In this document: piece after piece, positions 20,008 through 38,812 of the stretch | Layout of the letters: every line of letters starts with the position of its first letter | How positions within the stretch are numbered: the first letter of the stretch is position 1 | Assembly: GCA_964016885.1 (NCBI GenBank) | Contig: OZ024741.1 | Location: 127,286,001-127,350,000, forward strand | Origin: Eledone cirrhosa | Lineage: Eukaryota | Reading direction: 5' to 3' | Length of the DNA: 64,000 nt | The notes under the pieces: generated by a model | Databases searched by the model: none | Told to the model about the DNA's origin: nothing | The model's input: the letters and a program-made list of their open reading frames with translations, nothing else | Translations under genes and position numbers: made by a program

Positions 20008-20733
20008 TATTGTTATACTTGGGGTCGGGTCATATTTTTGTAATATTTCCAGAATTAATAACGAACACACTCACTGTTTGGTTGGTTTTCGCTTCTCGCT
20101 GTCTTTTATATCTGCGATCTAACTTAATCGGTCCTCAATGTTGCCATTGACTGATCGACGGTCAAAAATAATACAGATACAATATAGACACAAACACATA
20201 TATATAGTTTACATAATTTAAATAAAATAAAATAAAATAAGATAAATACATACACAAGCACAATAACAACAAGCACATAACACACACTAGTCACCCAGCA
20301 GACACAACACTATACACACTAGTCACACAGCAAACATAACGCTATACACACACGCAAACGCATGCCGCAAAGAAGACAAAATAAAATAAACAAACAAGCA
20401 AATAAATAAATAAATATATAGACAGACTGAATAAAAAAATGGCGTAGACATACAACACAACAGGAGGAAAAAATATAACACCACTGACGATGTTGCAGAT
20501 GTGCAACGAAAGATTTATGTAAATTATGTAAACTATATATATGTGTTTGTGTCTATATTGTATCTGTATTATTTTTGACCGTCGTCAGTCAATGGCAACA
20601 TTGAGGACCGATTAAGTTAGATCGCAGATATAAAAGACAGCGAGAAGCGAAAACCAACCAAACAGTGAGTGTGTTCTGTTATTAATTCTGGCAATATTAC
20701 AAAAATATGACCCTCCCCAAGTATAACAATATT
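20008..20733. mobile_element. Short element with ~210-bp inverted arms and a hammerhead-like motif at 20480-20520
   Basis: 20008-20220 is the reverse complement of 20520-20733; CTGACGA-T-GTTGCA-GATG-TGCAAC-GAAA lies in the spacer. Confidence 0.65.
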
Positions 20734-21115
20734 TGTTTCGACACACGATTTCATATAAAAAACCTCGCTAAACTATAATATATATATTAATATATATATA
20801 TATATTATATATAATATATATAAATATATATATATATAATATATATATATATTATATATACATATTATATATATATATTTGGATTTTAGTCTTCAAATTT
20901 ATTATTATTACTATATTATATATATATATATAATATATATAATATATATAATATATATATATAAAAATATTATATATATATATATATATATTATATATTT
21001 AATATATATATAATATATATATATTATATATATTATATATATAATATATATACATTATATATATATATACATAATATATATATATATTATATATATATAT
21101 TATATATATATATAA

Positions 21116-21154
<39 letters not shown>

Positions 21155-21242
21155 TATATATATAATATATATATATTACATATATATAATATATATATAA
21201 TATATATATATAATATATATATATTATATATATATTATATTC

Positions 21243-21470
21243 TCTATCTATCTATCTAAGGCGGGTAAATTCCCCGAGATCCATGGACGAGTTCTCTCCA
21301 GCGGTCTCTGTCCCTCATTATCGCTGCCCATATCCTGCATCTCCAACAGACCATTGTCTGTCCTTAGGGCATCAACATATGTTAACCTTGGTCTTCCCCT
21401 TCTAGTGTGTCCATGGTAGGGGCTCCCAAAGAGCACTGAGTGCAATGTCAACTCTGGATGTCGGTGATAA
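21243..21470 (-). mobile_element. 3' end of an RTE-like LINE with (TAGA)n tail
   Basis: Peptide RRGRPRLTYVDALRTD typical of RTE C-termini; short tandem tail. Confidence 0.55.
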
Positions 21471-21539
21471 AAACAACAATAAAACCAACAAAGATCCAAT
21501 ATAATAATGGATTACTTTAGGGAAGGAGTAGGTCATATG

Positions 21540-25366
<3,827 letters not shown>

Positions 25367-26776
25367 TTGGTATAATGCTCCATCTAATTTACAAGTTAAG
25401 GATAATATACCTAAATAATTCTTTAATATCCTAGAGAAAAACTTCCCGCCAAACCACAAATACCATCAAATCTTAAATAGATCAACAGTCAAATTCTCCT
25501 ACTCAACAACCAAATACATAAAACAAAATATAAGTGCCTATAATGCATATAAATGTAAAAAAACCATAAGTATACCACCAGTACATCAAACTAGCCATAA
25601 GATCTCCTCAGATACAGGATTCACGAAAAGTTGTAACTGTAGAAACAAGGCAAACTGTCCATTAAAAGGAAATTGCCTTGTTAATGACATAATATATAAA
25701 TGTAGAGTTAACACTAAGGACTCTATTTATTCATATATAGGAGCTACCTCTAACAATTTTAAGGTAAGATTTAATACCCACAAACATAGTTTTAAAAATG
25801 CCGCACTAGCTAATACAACATCTCTAGCTGAAAAATTAATAGTTATAGAAAGGAGAATATAGAATATGACCTGACCTGGAGTGTGCTCAAAAGGGCCACC
25901 CCTTATCAAAATAGTAGAAATGAATGTAGATTGTGTTCCCAAGAACTTTTCGAAATAATGAAATCTAAGGATATCCTATTAAATAAGCGACAGGAATTAA
26001 TAATATCGTGTAATCAGAAACTGAGAAAAACCTTTAAATATTATAAACCTAATTAATATACACTTTAGAAATTAATATATAAATTAATTTTAATTTAGTT
26101 AACCTATAATTAATATTCTACTACAGATGAATTACAAAATTCTGCTTTAAATACTATAAACCTAATTAATATACACTTTAGAAATTAATACATAAACTAT
26201 TTTTAATTTAGTTAACCTATAATTAATATTCTACTACTGATGAACTACATAATTTGGCTTTCCTTCTTACAAATATCATTTCCTAAAACTGATACCATTA
26301 AGTAAACATATGTAATTACTTTTAATTTAGTTAACCTATAATTAATATTCTACTACTGATGAACTACATAATTATGCCTTAAATATTATAAACCTAATTT
26401 ATACACCTTAGAAATTAATATACAAACTATTTTTATTTTTATTTTAGTTAACCTATAATTAATATTCTACTAATGATGAACTACATAATTTGGCTTTCCT
26501 TCTTACAAATATCATTTCCTAAAACTGATACCATTAAGTAAACATATATAATGCTTTAACTTCAGGTTATGTTTCTATGTTCCTTGAAACCTATATATAA
26601 TTACTATTTCCCACTAATAAATTTAATCCCCCCCCCCCAATAATTATATGTACATGTAAGTGTGGATGTGTGTGTATATAAGTGTGTATGTATGTATGTG
26701 TGTATGTATGTGAGTGTAAAAATATATATATATATGTATGTATGTATATATATATATATATGTGTGTGTGTATATA

Positions 26777-26830
<54 letters not shown>

Positions 26831-26875
26831 TGTGTATGTATGTATGTATGTGTGTATGTATGTGAGTGTAAAAAT

Positions 26876-26923
<48 letters not shown>

Positions 26924-26926
26924 ATA

Positions 26927-26972
<46 letters not shown>

Positions 26973-27068
26973 TATGTCTGTGTGTGTGTGTATGTATATG
27001 TACATATGTATATGCGTATATATATATATATATATATATGGGTAGATGTTTGTGTGTGTATGTGGATG

Positions 27069-27119
<51 letters not shown>

Positions 27120-27567
27120 ATGTGTGTGTGTATGTATGTATATATATGTAGGTATATATATGTATATATATATATATATATATCATTTTTATATTCTTTT
27201 AATCTCCCCGCATCCTTAACACCACTTTTCAACTGCATCTAACTCTTATTTATCATATCTATATGTATTAGTATAGTTTTATCAATATAAATATACCCAT
27301 GAATTAAATTAATTTTATATCCTTTTCATAGATGTATTTTTTTCACTAACATCCTTATCTTAAGACTCTGGTCACCTTAGATATTCGTATTGGCATCACT
27401 ATTTTATAACAGCAACTGCTTGTATACCTTCTACTGACCACCTGACCTAGTTTCACCCCTAAAATAAGTTTCAATTACTACTTTTTTACCATTTGGCCAA
27501 TTCTTAACTTTCTATTGGTTAATTCTAAACCTCTTACCAAACAGACAGAATTTATTTGATCTTTGTT
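25367..27567 (+). mobile_element. Inverted 3' copy of the same Penelope-like element (right arm of a ~2.2-kb inverted repeat)
   Basis: Reverse complement of 21582-23857, including GIY-YIG coding sequence and the internal microsatellite. Confidence 0.9.
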
Positions 27568-28845
27568 ATTATTGCTAGAAAGCGCAGCCCAATACAGCCA
27601 AATTGTATCTCAATCTAACGGGAGATTATTACATATAAAGGTTTACATATATATATATATAAAGTCATAGATATATATATGTGTTTTGCAACGGGTCACG
27701 TTGTGGCTCAATGAAGAATTAATAAATTAATGTATTCTTGGCGCGATCACTTTGGAAAATTAATTGTCTAAATTTAAGCTAACTCTCGATATCCCCTGTT
27801 ATCGGATGTCTTAAAATACGGACGAAAGCATGTAGAGGTAATTAAATATGTACACATTTCTTCTAGTTTATTTTACACCTAATTCTGTTTAGTTGACTGT
27901 ATATCTGGTCGAATTATACATGCTGTCGAAATGTTCGACAAATACACCGTCGTAACCGCCGCGAAGAGGCTGCTTTCAGTTATTTGTCGGAGATTTCTTC
28001 ATAGGAGCCTTTATTCTTTTAGCTTGGTCTAATTGATTTTTTTATATGGTTAATTATTTAGGGAGAGGAAACGGTATATATTTTATCTAGTGATTCTATA
28101 GACATGTTTTATGATACATAGCTCTGATTATTTAATTTATTAATTCTTCATTTAGCCACAACGTGACCCGTTGCAAAGCACATATATATCTATGACTTTA
28201 TATATATATATGTACACCTTTATATGTAATAATCTCCCGTTAGGTTGAGATACAATTTGGCTGTATTGGGCTGCGCTTTCTAGCAATAAGCCTACCAGCC
28301 GTAAGCAACTAACCACATCCTTTCTAACTTGACCACTGCCACGTCACGATTCTTAGCCATTTTTGTATGTATTCTTGGCGCGATCACTTTGGAAAATTAA
28401 TTGTCTAAATTTGAGCTAACTCCTGATGAATCCGAAGCTCTAGATATCCCCTGTTATCGGATGTCTTAAAATACGGACGAAACCATGGTAGAGGTAATTA
28501 AATATGTACACATTTCTTCTAGTTTATTTTACACCTAATTCTGTTTAGTTGACTGTATATCTGGTCGATTTATACATGCTGTCGAAATGTTCGATAAATA
28601 CTCCGTCGTAACCGCCGCGAAGAGGCTGTTTTCAGTTATTATCGGAGATTTCTTCATAGGAGCCTTTATTCTTATAGCTTGGTGTAATTGATTTTTTATA
28701 TGGTTAATTATGCTAATTGGTAGAGGAAACGGTATATATTTTATCTAGTGATTCTATAGGACATGTTTTATGACATATAGCTCTGATTATTTAATTTATT
28801 AATTCTTCATTGAGCCACAAACGTGACCCGTTGCAAAAACACATA
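27568..28845 (+). mobile_element. Retrozyme-like non-coding element: inverted segment + ~1.75 tandem monomers of ~637 nt containing a hammerhead
   Basis: TGTATTCTTGGCGCGATCAC at 27731 and 28368; 27568-27730 is the reverse complement of ~28132-28289; ends in (TA)n. Confidence 0.75.
28419..28495 (+). ncRNA. Type-I hammerhead ribozyme with extended stem-II loop
   Basis: CTC-CTGATGA-A-TCCG-(~39 nt)-CGGA-C-GAAA-CCATGG-TA^GAG; palindromic ACCATGGT stem III, GUA site. Confidence 0.8.
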
Positions 28846-28849
28846 TATA

Positions 28850-28914
<65 letters not shown>

Positions 28915-28932
28915 ATATATATTATATATATA

Positions 28933-28985
<53 letters not shown>

Positions 28986-29209
28986 ATTATATATATATAT
29001 ATTATATATATATATATTATATCTATATATATTATATATATATATATTATATATATATTATATATATATTATATATATATATATATATATTATATTATAT
29101 ATTATATATATATATTATATATATATATATATATTATATATATAAATATATATATATATTATATATATATATATATATTATATATATATATTTATATATA
29201 TATATATAT

Positions 29210-29408
29210 TATAACGAAGGAAATGTGGTAAGGAACCAGGTGGACCATAACGCACCAAAGTACTCAATACTAGGGTAGTAGAGTGGGTAATAGGAAGGAG
29301 TAGGACCCCCAGCGGCTGAGCTCAAGCCGTTTCGACGGCTAATTTCAGTCCAGAATTAGCCGTCGAAACGGCTTGAGCTCAGCCGTCGGGGTCCTACTCC
29401 TTCCTATA
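29210..29408. mobile_element. Short PLE-type tail with terminal fold-back carrying the 3' half of a hammerhead
   Basis: TAGGAAGGAGTAGGACCCC...GGGGTCCTACTCCTTCCTA hairpin; GAAACGGCTTGAGCTCAGCCGTC^GGGG; related sequences at 6971-7045 and 55615-55773. Confidence 0.6.
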
Positions 29409-29423
29409 CATCTATTATATATA

Positions 29424-29471
<48 letters not shown>

Positions 29472-29496
29472 ATATATATAAATATATATATATATT

Positions 29497-29638
<142 letters not shown>

Positions 29639-29692
29639 TATATATATATATATATGTATTATATATATATATATAAATATATATATATATAT

Positions 29693-29825
<133 letters not shown>

Positions 29826-29874
29826 CTATATATTATATATATATATGTATATATATATATATTATATATATATA

Positions 29875-29922
<48 letters not shown>

Positions 29923-30000
29923 ATATATATATATACATATTATATATATATAATAAAGTTAAATAAAAGTCAAATGATTAAAATTTTAGCTTCGTTTATT

Positions 30001-30055
30001 ACTGCTATATATATTTCAGTGACAGCCATCTTTGGCTGTGACCTTTTCAGGCAGT
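30001..30055 (-). ncRNA. Degenerate hammerhead motif in a short inverted-arm insert (29950-30240)
   Basis: Minus strand: ACTGC-CTGAAAA-GGTC-ACAGCCA-AAGA-TGGCTGT-CACT-GAAA-TATATA-TA^GCAGT. Core G8 is mutated. Partial inverted copy at 30153-30240. Confidence 0.55.
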
Positions 30056-30338
30056 TTGAATTAGTATGGTATAGACAAGTACATATGTTGTTTAGGTGTA
30101 TAATATTGTTAATACTCTGATATGCCCAGTTCCTTGTTGGGTTGTTAATTCACCAAAGATGGCTGTCACTGAAATATATATAGCAGTAATAAAACGAAGC
30201 TAAATTTTAATCATTTAAACTTTTATTTAACTTTATTTTACACTACTCCGGAGTAACCAAACCAACCTGCGCACTTTTGTCGAGTGCTCCTGCCTGCATA
30301 CTGATGTGTTGGTATACAACCAACATAAGCTCAAAATC

Positions 30339-30469
<131 letters not shown>

Positions 30470-30481
30470 AATATATATATA

Positions 30482-30529
<48 letters not shown>

Positions 30530-30538
30530 ATATATATA

Positions 30539-30689
<151 letters not shown>

Positions 30690-30697
30690 ATATATAT

Positions 30698-30729
<32 letters not shown>

Positions 30730-30731
30730 AT

Positions 30732-30762
<31 letters not shown>

Positions 30763-30804
30763 ATATATATATATATATGCAAACTCGACTGTCACCACAT
30801 ATCA

Positions 30805-30843
30805 TGAACCTGAAGATTGCGAAAGCATGAAAGTACTTGTTCA
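30805..30843 (+). ncRNA. Minimal type-I hammerhead ribozyme
   Basis: TGAAC-CTGAAGA-T-TGC-GAAA-GCA-T-GAAA-GTAC-TT^GTTCA, in a ~230-nt insert between (TA)n tracts. Confidence 0.8.
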
Positions 30844-31010
30844 ATTAACACTTAGAATTTAATATTCTATCATACTATTTCATTATAATACCATTATATA
30901 TATTTTAAAAGGATTGTAAATAAAAACGAGTTAAATCAGACAAAGTTGGAATTCCTCTTATTAATATAATCTTCTATACACAATCATACACACCCGTGTA
31001 TATTTACCTA

Positions 31011-31160
<150 letters not shown>

Positions 31161-31189
31161 TATATATATATAATATATTTATGGACACT

Positions 31190-33332
31190 GTTACAAATAT
31201 ATGTGCAAAAACACACCCCATTAAGAACTATAAACAAATCTAAGAGCAGAATCCCTAGAAATAGAAAAACGCTCATCAGGAAAATTAAGAGAACTAACAA
31301 AAAAAAATCAACAAGCTGAAATACTGTCAGCAGCAACACATCAACTTAACTGCCATTTCATCACTAGAGATTAAAAAACATAACCTCCAAAACAATATGA
31401 TGTCTATCATCAACAATCAGAGAAGAGCTGAAGAGGCCTGGGCCATTGAGAAGATGAAACTCAATCCCAAAGTGTTCTTTTCATTTGCAAAAAAAAAAAA
31501 CACAAAATCACTGGCTCTACTGTTGGCCCTCTAATTGATGAAAATGGCACTCTTCAAGACAATGCTAAAACCATGGGTGATATACTGCAGAAAACAATAC
31601 TGCTCTGTTTTCAGCAATCCTGATATGGCCGATCTGGGCTGTATCGGTGATGTTACCTCCCCATTACACCTTATCAGACATAACGTTTGGCGCCCCCTGA
31701 TGTCTTAGCGGCAATAAAGGAAATCAAGCATAATTCAGCAGTAGGTCCCGATAGGTTCCCTGCTTGTGTCTTGAAGGCGTGTCAACACCAACTTGCATCT
31801 CCTCTTGCCAATCTGTGGCGGAACTCACTGGATGCTGGATGTGTGCCAGAAAACCTTCTATCCCAGTCTGTTGTCCCAGTTTTCAAAAAAGGAAACAAAT
31901 CCCTTGCCGTGAATTACTGTCCAATCTCACTCACCTCTCATATCATTAAGGTATTTGAGAGAGTGGTGAGATCGCGAATGACTCACTTCCTTGAGAGTAA
32001 CAATATGCTGAACTCCAACCATCATGGATTCCGTAATGGAATGGATTGCCTGACGCAGCTACTGCATCACTTTGATGACATTTTGAGAGCCTTGGGAAAG
32101 GGTTCCAACACTGATGTTATCTACCTTGATTTCAGCAAGGCCTTTGACAGGGTTGATCACAACATTCTACTTAGAAAGCTATCCAATACTGGTGTCACTG
32201 GAAAGCTGCTGCAGTGGATCAAGAGCTTCCTGTCAAAGAGAACCCAACATGTTGTATTCGAAGGAGTCAAATCCAGCCCAACCAAAGTCAGTAGTGGGGT
32301 CCCACAAGGCACTGTGTTGGGCCCACTTCTCTTCATCATCTATATTAATGACATCACTGACATCATCAAACACAGCAACATTAGAATTTTCGCTGATGAT
32401 TCCAAGCTCCAAAAGGTCATCAATGGCGTGGATGACCGGAATAAGCCTTCAGTCAGACCTAGTGGCTGTTACCCCAATGGGCGGAAAAGAACAACATGTT
32501 ACTGAACGAAGACAAATTCGAACTGATCCACTTTGGAAAAGAGGATGCTCTGAAACTCCCCGTAATCCCTTCCCTCCGGTGAAACTCTCGTGGCATCTAA
32601 CAACATCAGAGACTTGGGAGTAACCGTGGACAGCAACATAAGCTGGGCCACGCATATAAGTAGCAAAGTTGACATGGCCCGCAGATTCCCACACCATTAT
32701 CCTTCTCTTCTCCACTTTTGCCCGACCACACCTTGAATACTGTTGTCCACTGTGGTCTCCCCACACGAAACAAAGTATCATGAAACTTGAAGCTCCCCAA
32801 AGGGCAATCACGAAAAGGTTAGATGGCATGTCAGACCTTGACTACTGGGGTCGACTAGAAAAGCTGAAACTTTACTCACTCTTACGTCGCCGTGAGCGTT
32901 ATATTATCTGCATGATGTGGAAAATATTTCATCAGCACTGCCCAAATGATGTTGGCATCACCTTCAAAATACACCCAAGGGCTTGGGCCCCCGTGCTATC
33001 CGTCCCAAACAAAAATCTAAATGGCAACTCATAACAACAATACGGCACAATTATTTCACCCTCAATTGGCCCTGCTCTCCTTCAACATCACACACCAGGT
33101 CACGTCAAAACAGAAACTGACCACACAAAATTCAAGAAGTCTTTGGACAAATTCCTCCAAGTAATCCCAGACAAACCACCCACACCCGGATATGTCTCTG
33201 CAAACAGTAATTCTCTTCTCGAATGGGCCATGGTGCCCAAATCCTGAATTGAAAGACTTCGCCAGGTGGTGCTATTAAGTTAGACATGGCCTGGGACAAT
33301 ACTCGCCAAAAACATTTCAAAGTTATTCCAAG

Positions 33333-33340
<8 letters not shown>
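31190..33340 (+). mobile_element. 5'-truncated CR1/L2-group LINE (RT, frameshifted) with short tandem 3' tail
   Basis: ORFs 31687-32505 (PISLTS, DFSKAFDRVDH, SGVPQGTVLGPLLF, FADD) and 32669-33034 (RPHLEYCCPLWSPH, LKLYSLLRRRER); tail AAGTTATTCCAAGTTATT. Confidence 0.9.
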
Positions 33341-33401
<61 letters not shown>

Positions 33402-33449
33402 GAAATGACAGAAGGCCTGGATTTGTGTAAATCCCTTGAAAGGTTTATT

Positions 33450-33507
33450 ATACTATGATCATTTCAATGACCGGGTTCCGTATGAATCCGGTGATATCAT
33501 CAGGTAT
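33450..33507 (-). ncRNA. Type-I hammerhead ribozyme motif
   Basis: Minus strand: ATAC-CTGATGA-TATC-ACCGGATTC-ATACG-GAACCCGGT-CATT-GAAA-TGATCA-TA^GTAT; palindromic ATGATCAT stem III. Confidence 0.75.
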
Positions 33508-33550
33508 TCGAAATATAATACGTGAATGTAATAGGTAAAATCCATGGGGC

Positions 33551-33750
33551 NNNNNNNNNNNNNNNNNNNNNNNNNNNNNNNNNNNNNNNNNNNNNNNNNN
33601 NNNNNNNNNNNNNNNNNNNNNNNNNNNNNNNNNNNNNNNNNNNNNNNNNNNNNNNNNNNNNNNNNNNNNNNNNNNNNNNNNNNNNNNNNNNNNNNNNNNN
33701 NNNNNNNNNNNNNNNNNNNNNNNNNNNNNNNNNNNNNNNNNNNNNNNNNN
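33551..33750. other. Assembly gap (200 N)
   Basis: Run of n. Confidence 1.
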
Positions 33751-34279
33751 GCCCTGATGGACGCCAACTTTTACGCTAAACTCTTCACTATATTCGTTGT
33801 TAATTCTAACCTTGCTGACTGTTTCTTTATACATGGCTTGTATAGCCCTCACAAGCCATTCGTCAACGCCTAGTTTTCTAAGAGCCCACCAGATAATGGA
33901 GCGGGGGACTCTGTCGAAGGCTTTCTCCAAGTCGACAAAAGCTAAGTAGAGGGGTTTACCTTTAGCTAGGTACTTCTCCTGTAGTTGTCGTACTATGAAA
34001 AGAGCGTCTGTGGTACTTTTGCCTGACACAAACCCGAACTGCATTTCATCTAGGTCAATTCTCTCTCTGATTAGTTGCGCTATTACTTTTTCCGTGACCT
34101 TCATGACCTGGTCGATTAATTTAATGCCTCTATAGTTACTCCTATCTAGGGCGTCTCCTTTACCCTTATAACAGTTAACGATGATGCTGCTATGCCAGTC
34201 CTTCGGAACAACCCCATTCTGTACGACTTGGTTAACTATGCGGGTGACCATGGTGTGTCCCACCGTGCCAGATGCCAGA
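33751..34279 (-). mobile_element. RTE-clade LINE RT fragment
   Basis: [48 protein letters not shown], truncated by the gap. Confidence 0.9.
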
Positions 34280-34281
34280 TG

Positions 34282-34384
<103 letters not shown>

Positions 34385-34505
34385 GTATGTATATATATAT
34401 ATGTATGTATATATATATATATATGTATGTATATATATATATGTATGTATATATATATATGTATGTATATATATATATATATGTATGTATACATATATAT
34501 GTATG

Positions 34506-34537
<32 letters not shown>

Positions 34538-34545
34538 TATGTATG

Positions 34546-34577
<32 letters not shown>

Positions 34578-34585
34578 TATGTATG

Positions 34586-34617
<32 letters not shown>

Positions 34618-34625
34618 TATGTATG

Positions 34626-34657
<32 letters not shown>

Positions 34658-34661
34658 TATG

Positions 34662-34709
<48 letters not shown>

Positions 34710-34717
34710 TATTTATG

Positions 34718-34749
<32 letters not shown>

Positions 34750-34757
34750 TATTTATG

Positions 34758-34789
<32 letters not shown>

Positions 34790-34793
34790 TATT

Positions 34794-34965
<172 letters not shown>

Positions 34966-35020
34966 CATATATATATATACATATATATACATATACATAT
35001 ATATATATACATATATATAC

Positions 35021-35139
<119 letters not shown>

Positions 35140-35669
35140 TCTGATCCAGAAATATTATATGGAGTAGCGAAACAATTGTAAACGGACATTATTATTAATA
35201 TTATTATTATTATTCTCTACATTCCTTACATCAAACTAAAATATGTTGACAATCTTTTAATAATGTCTTCCTTGTGAAATTTGTGGTCTTGTTTTGCTTA
35301 ACTAATGAATATTTCCAGCTCTGCGCACCTAACTTCTGCATGAACCCAGCCACCTAGCTGCTTTCTACTGCATATTGCACATTGAGCACATGCCTTTACA
35401 CTTTGGCTTCTAACTAATTCACCAATCTCTCCTCTCATATCTCCATCTCTCTCTTTAAGATTGGTTACTCTTGAACTGTGTATATATATATATACACATG
35501 CATGCATATGTGTATATATATATATTTTTTTTTTCATCTTCGTTTTTCTTCGTCTGTCTTTCTTTCTATATAACTGTCCTAACAGTTTCACTACCAAATC
35601 AACTTTTTAAATGGAAGTTGCATTATTATAAGGTATGTCAAAATTATTTATAAAACAGCTTATATATTG

Positions 35670-35735
35670 TATTTTGTCTGAGGAAGGCATACCATATTTT
35701 TAATATGATATCCCAGAAATATATATAACGAAATA
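35670..35735 (+). ncRNA. Type-I hammerhead ribozyme motif
   Basis: TATTTTGT-CTGAGGA-(imperfect stem II)-GAAA-TATATA-TA^ACGAAATA. Confidence 0.6.
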
Positions 35736-35892
35736 AATATGGTTTTATAAATATAGTTTCCATTTGTTTAATATCGTAAACCTACTCCAAAAACTGTTGA
35801 GTGCTTTTATATCAGTTATAAAATATTTACTCGTTGTAACCCAACAATTTTAAATAAAACTTTTGCATATATATATATATATATACACATGC

Positions 35893-35930
<38 letters not shown>

Positions 35931-36245
35931 GTATATATATATATTTATGCATATATATATATATATACATGCATGTGTGTGTATATATATATATATTTAT
36001 GCATATATATATATATATACATGCATGTGTGTATATATATATATATATTTATGCATATATATATATATACATGCATGTGTGTATATATATATATATATAT
36101 TTATGCATATATATATATATATACATGCATGTGTGTGTATATATATATATATATATTTATGCATATATATATATATATATACATGCATGTGTGTGTATAT
36201 ATATATATATATATTTATGCATATATATATATATATATACATGCA

Positions 36246-36279
<34 letters not shown>

Positions 36280-36319
36280 CATGCATGCATGTGTGTGTAT
36301 ATATATATATATATATTTA

Positions 36320-36365
<46 letters not shown>

Positions 36366-36375
36366 CATGTGTGTG

Positions 36376-36424
<49 letters not shown>

Positions 36425-36829
36425 GCATATATGCATATATACCCATATGTATGATAGCAAGGAAAGCAGCCGTTAAAATGACACTGATGATGATTATATA
36501 GTTAGTTAGTTTCTTATATTTAAATACGTTTGTTGAGTAAGATAATATATCTAAGATTATCAGTGAAAAAATCTTTCTTAAGTGGCAGTCAAATATTTCT
36601 ATGCTCTAATAATATTCTATACATTCTAAATAGTGCTTCTGCAGTATAGCTCACATGCCCCATGATTAATTAATATATGACAAGAATATAATCCAAAGTA
36701 ATTCATTCCTAATTGGGGTTAGAGTTTCAGGTTAATTGAATTAGTTTCCTGTAATTAATTGACTCCAGATTGACAGCCACACAAACAGAAGGCATGAATT
36801 AAACAATCCCAAACCCTATTGTCCTCTGC

Positions 36830-37235
36830 TTCCAACCTTGTCGCTTTGGCCACAAACTAGGGCTCGGCTGCCCGCATTGCAGAGGAGAGCAAGATAGTTA
36901 CATATCGATGCCTGGCCAACCACTTCCTCTTTGCACTGGTCTCTGTCGAGACCTCTAGTATCCTTTTTTCTCCGTAAAATCAAAGATAATGACCCGCTTG
37001 AGGAGGGGTAGCTATTGCAGTAGGTGTCTCCGGTCATTCTCCGCAGTAATGCCTTTGCCATTTTAGCTGCAGGGCGTGGCTGAAACACTGCTCAAACTGG
37101 GGGTGTGGTGTCTGTCACTTCCCCCTCTCCCTTTATTTCGTTGCTTGATCCTTTTTCTTCCCATCATTTCCTTTTTTTTTTTTTTGTTCCGTGTTTTTTG
37201 TATGAACAGCTTAATTAGTAAAAAAAAAAATAAAT
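36830..37235 (+). mobile_element. Decayed 3' remnant of a CRE-like retrotransposon
   Basis: Plus-strand peptides AEESKIVTYRCLANHFLFALVSVETS and VILRSNAFAILAAG match the C-terminus of the 49195-52022 element; A-rich tail. Confidence 0.65.
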
Positions 37236-37679
37236 TAGTTTCGATTATATTGTTACAGACGTACAGTAGTATGTATATATATATACATACATGCACACAT
37301 ATACTGTACGATTATATTATTGTTTTATTTATATTAATTTACCGTAAGAGAAAGGGGAGCTGTTCTAGAGCAACATTTCTAAGTAGTCAGTTTGCTAAAA
37401 AAAATTGGGGGCGCTTTACGAACTATTTATGGTAACAAAAAAAATATTTTTGGTCCCTTTAAATATGGCAGGGGAGGCTGCAGCCTTAGTCACCCACACC
37501 CTTAATCCGCCACTATCTATAGTGCTATCTAATGTTTAACGAAGACAAAAAATAAAGAGCTGGGACAGTGAAGACAGGATATGTTGATGGTTTATGTGAT
37601 AAACTTATTGTATTGATTATAAACGGATGGGTCAATGCGCTCTGTCTCTCACAGTTTATTTTTAGTGTGCAATTTGGTA

Positions 37680-38127
37680 CAACCGTAATATATTCATGTA
37701 AAAGTCGAATTCTTTAAAATATCTTTTAGAGGTTAAATTTTGCGTCCAATTTTACATGGATACTTCTTTCAAGAGGCTAAAATTTACATCCAAAATACTA
37801 TATAAATAAGCAGAAGCCCAGAAGACTTTAAAATGAATAAAAGTATAAATAACAAAGAATTACACAAATACTACCGATATTTCTACACATCAAAACACAC
37901 ATCTTACTACCAAAACACAAATAAGGTTGAGTAGCTCTTATAAATATCCTACTTGCGTATTACAAAATATAACAGCATAGAAAATTAATTTATTCATCGT
38001 AACATTTAAATGCTGTTCTGTTATCCGTAGAAAAAACTAGGATCGACGTTTTCATGAGACACATGGAAATATCTAAATATTTGGATAAAAGTGGGGGATC
38101 GACGTTTACACGAGTATATACAGTATA
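37680..38127. mobile_element. Degenerate TcMar (Tc2/pogo-like) MITE
   Basis: Imperfect TIRs CCGTAATATATTCATGTAAAAGTCGA / TCGACGTTTACACGAGTATATACAG; related to 58650-58824. Confidence 0.45.
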
Positions 38128-38487
38128 CTTATTGAAGCATTACAATATACAGAAAGAAGGGACAAAAAAAAGGTGGGATAGATTCTACACACTTAGATGT
38201 GTGCAATTAAAAATCCATTTTTACGACTGAAATTTAATAAACTGACTGAATAATTTATGTTTTGTTTTAATGTTTATATTAGGTTGTCCCCAGCAATGAC
38301 GGATTAAAGGGGAAGGCTGATTGGGCAGTAGCCAAGGGACCCCAGATTAATTTTTTTTGTTTGCTAACATAAATGCAAGGGCTCCGATGAAATTTTCAGC
38401 TAAGGGCTACAAGCAAACTTTGTCCGCCCCTTTATATATTTATAATATATATGGATATAAAACCAACAGAAAAAAGAAAAAGTTATT

Positions 38488-38532
38488 AATATACGAAACA
38501 TCTTCACCTTTTGGAAACTTTGGCATAAGTTA

Positions 38533-38579
<47 letters not shown>

Positions 38580-38778
38580 AACTTATGCCAACGTTTCCAA
38601 AAGGTGAAGATGTTTCGTATATTGGTGTATAAAATTATTACAATTTGCTTTTTTGTTTTATTTGTTTCATTTAAAAAAAAAGATAAACGGGTGTGTTCAC
38701 CTACCCCCAGTTTTTGGTCTATTTACTAATATATATATATATTTACTAATATATATATATATATATATATATATACTA

Positions 38779-38812
<34 letters not shown>

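Noticed and set aside
35298-35597. Cys-containing ORF and a nearby minus-strand GTAAG donor as a host exon
   Set aside because: Stops in the candidate frames and no recognisable homology
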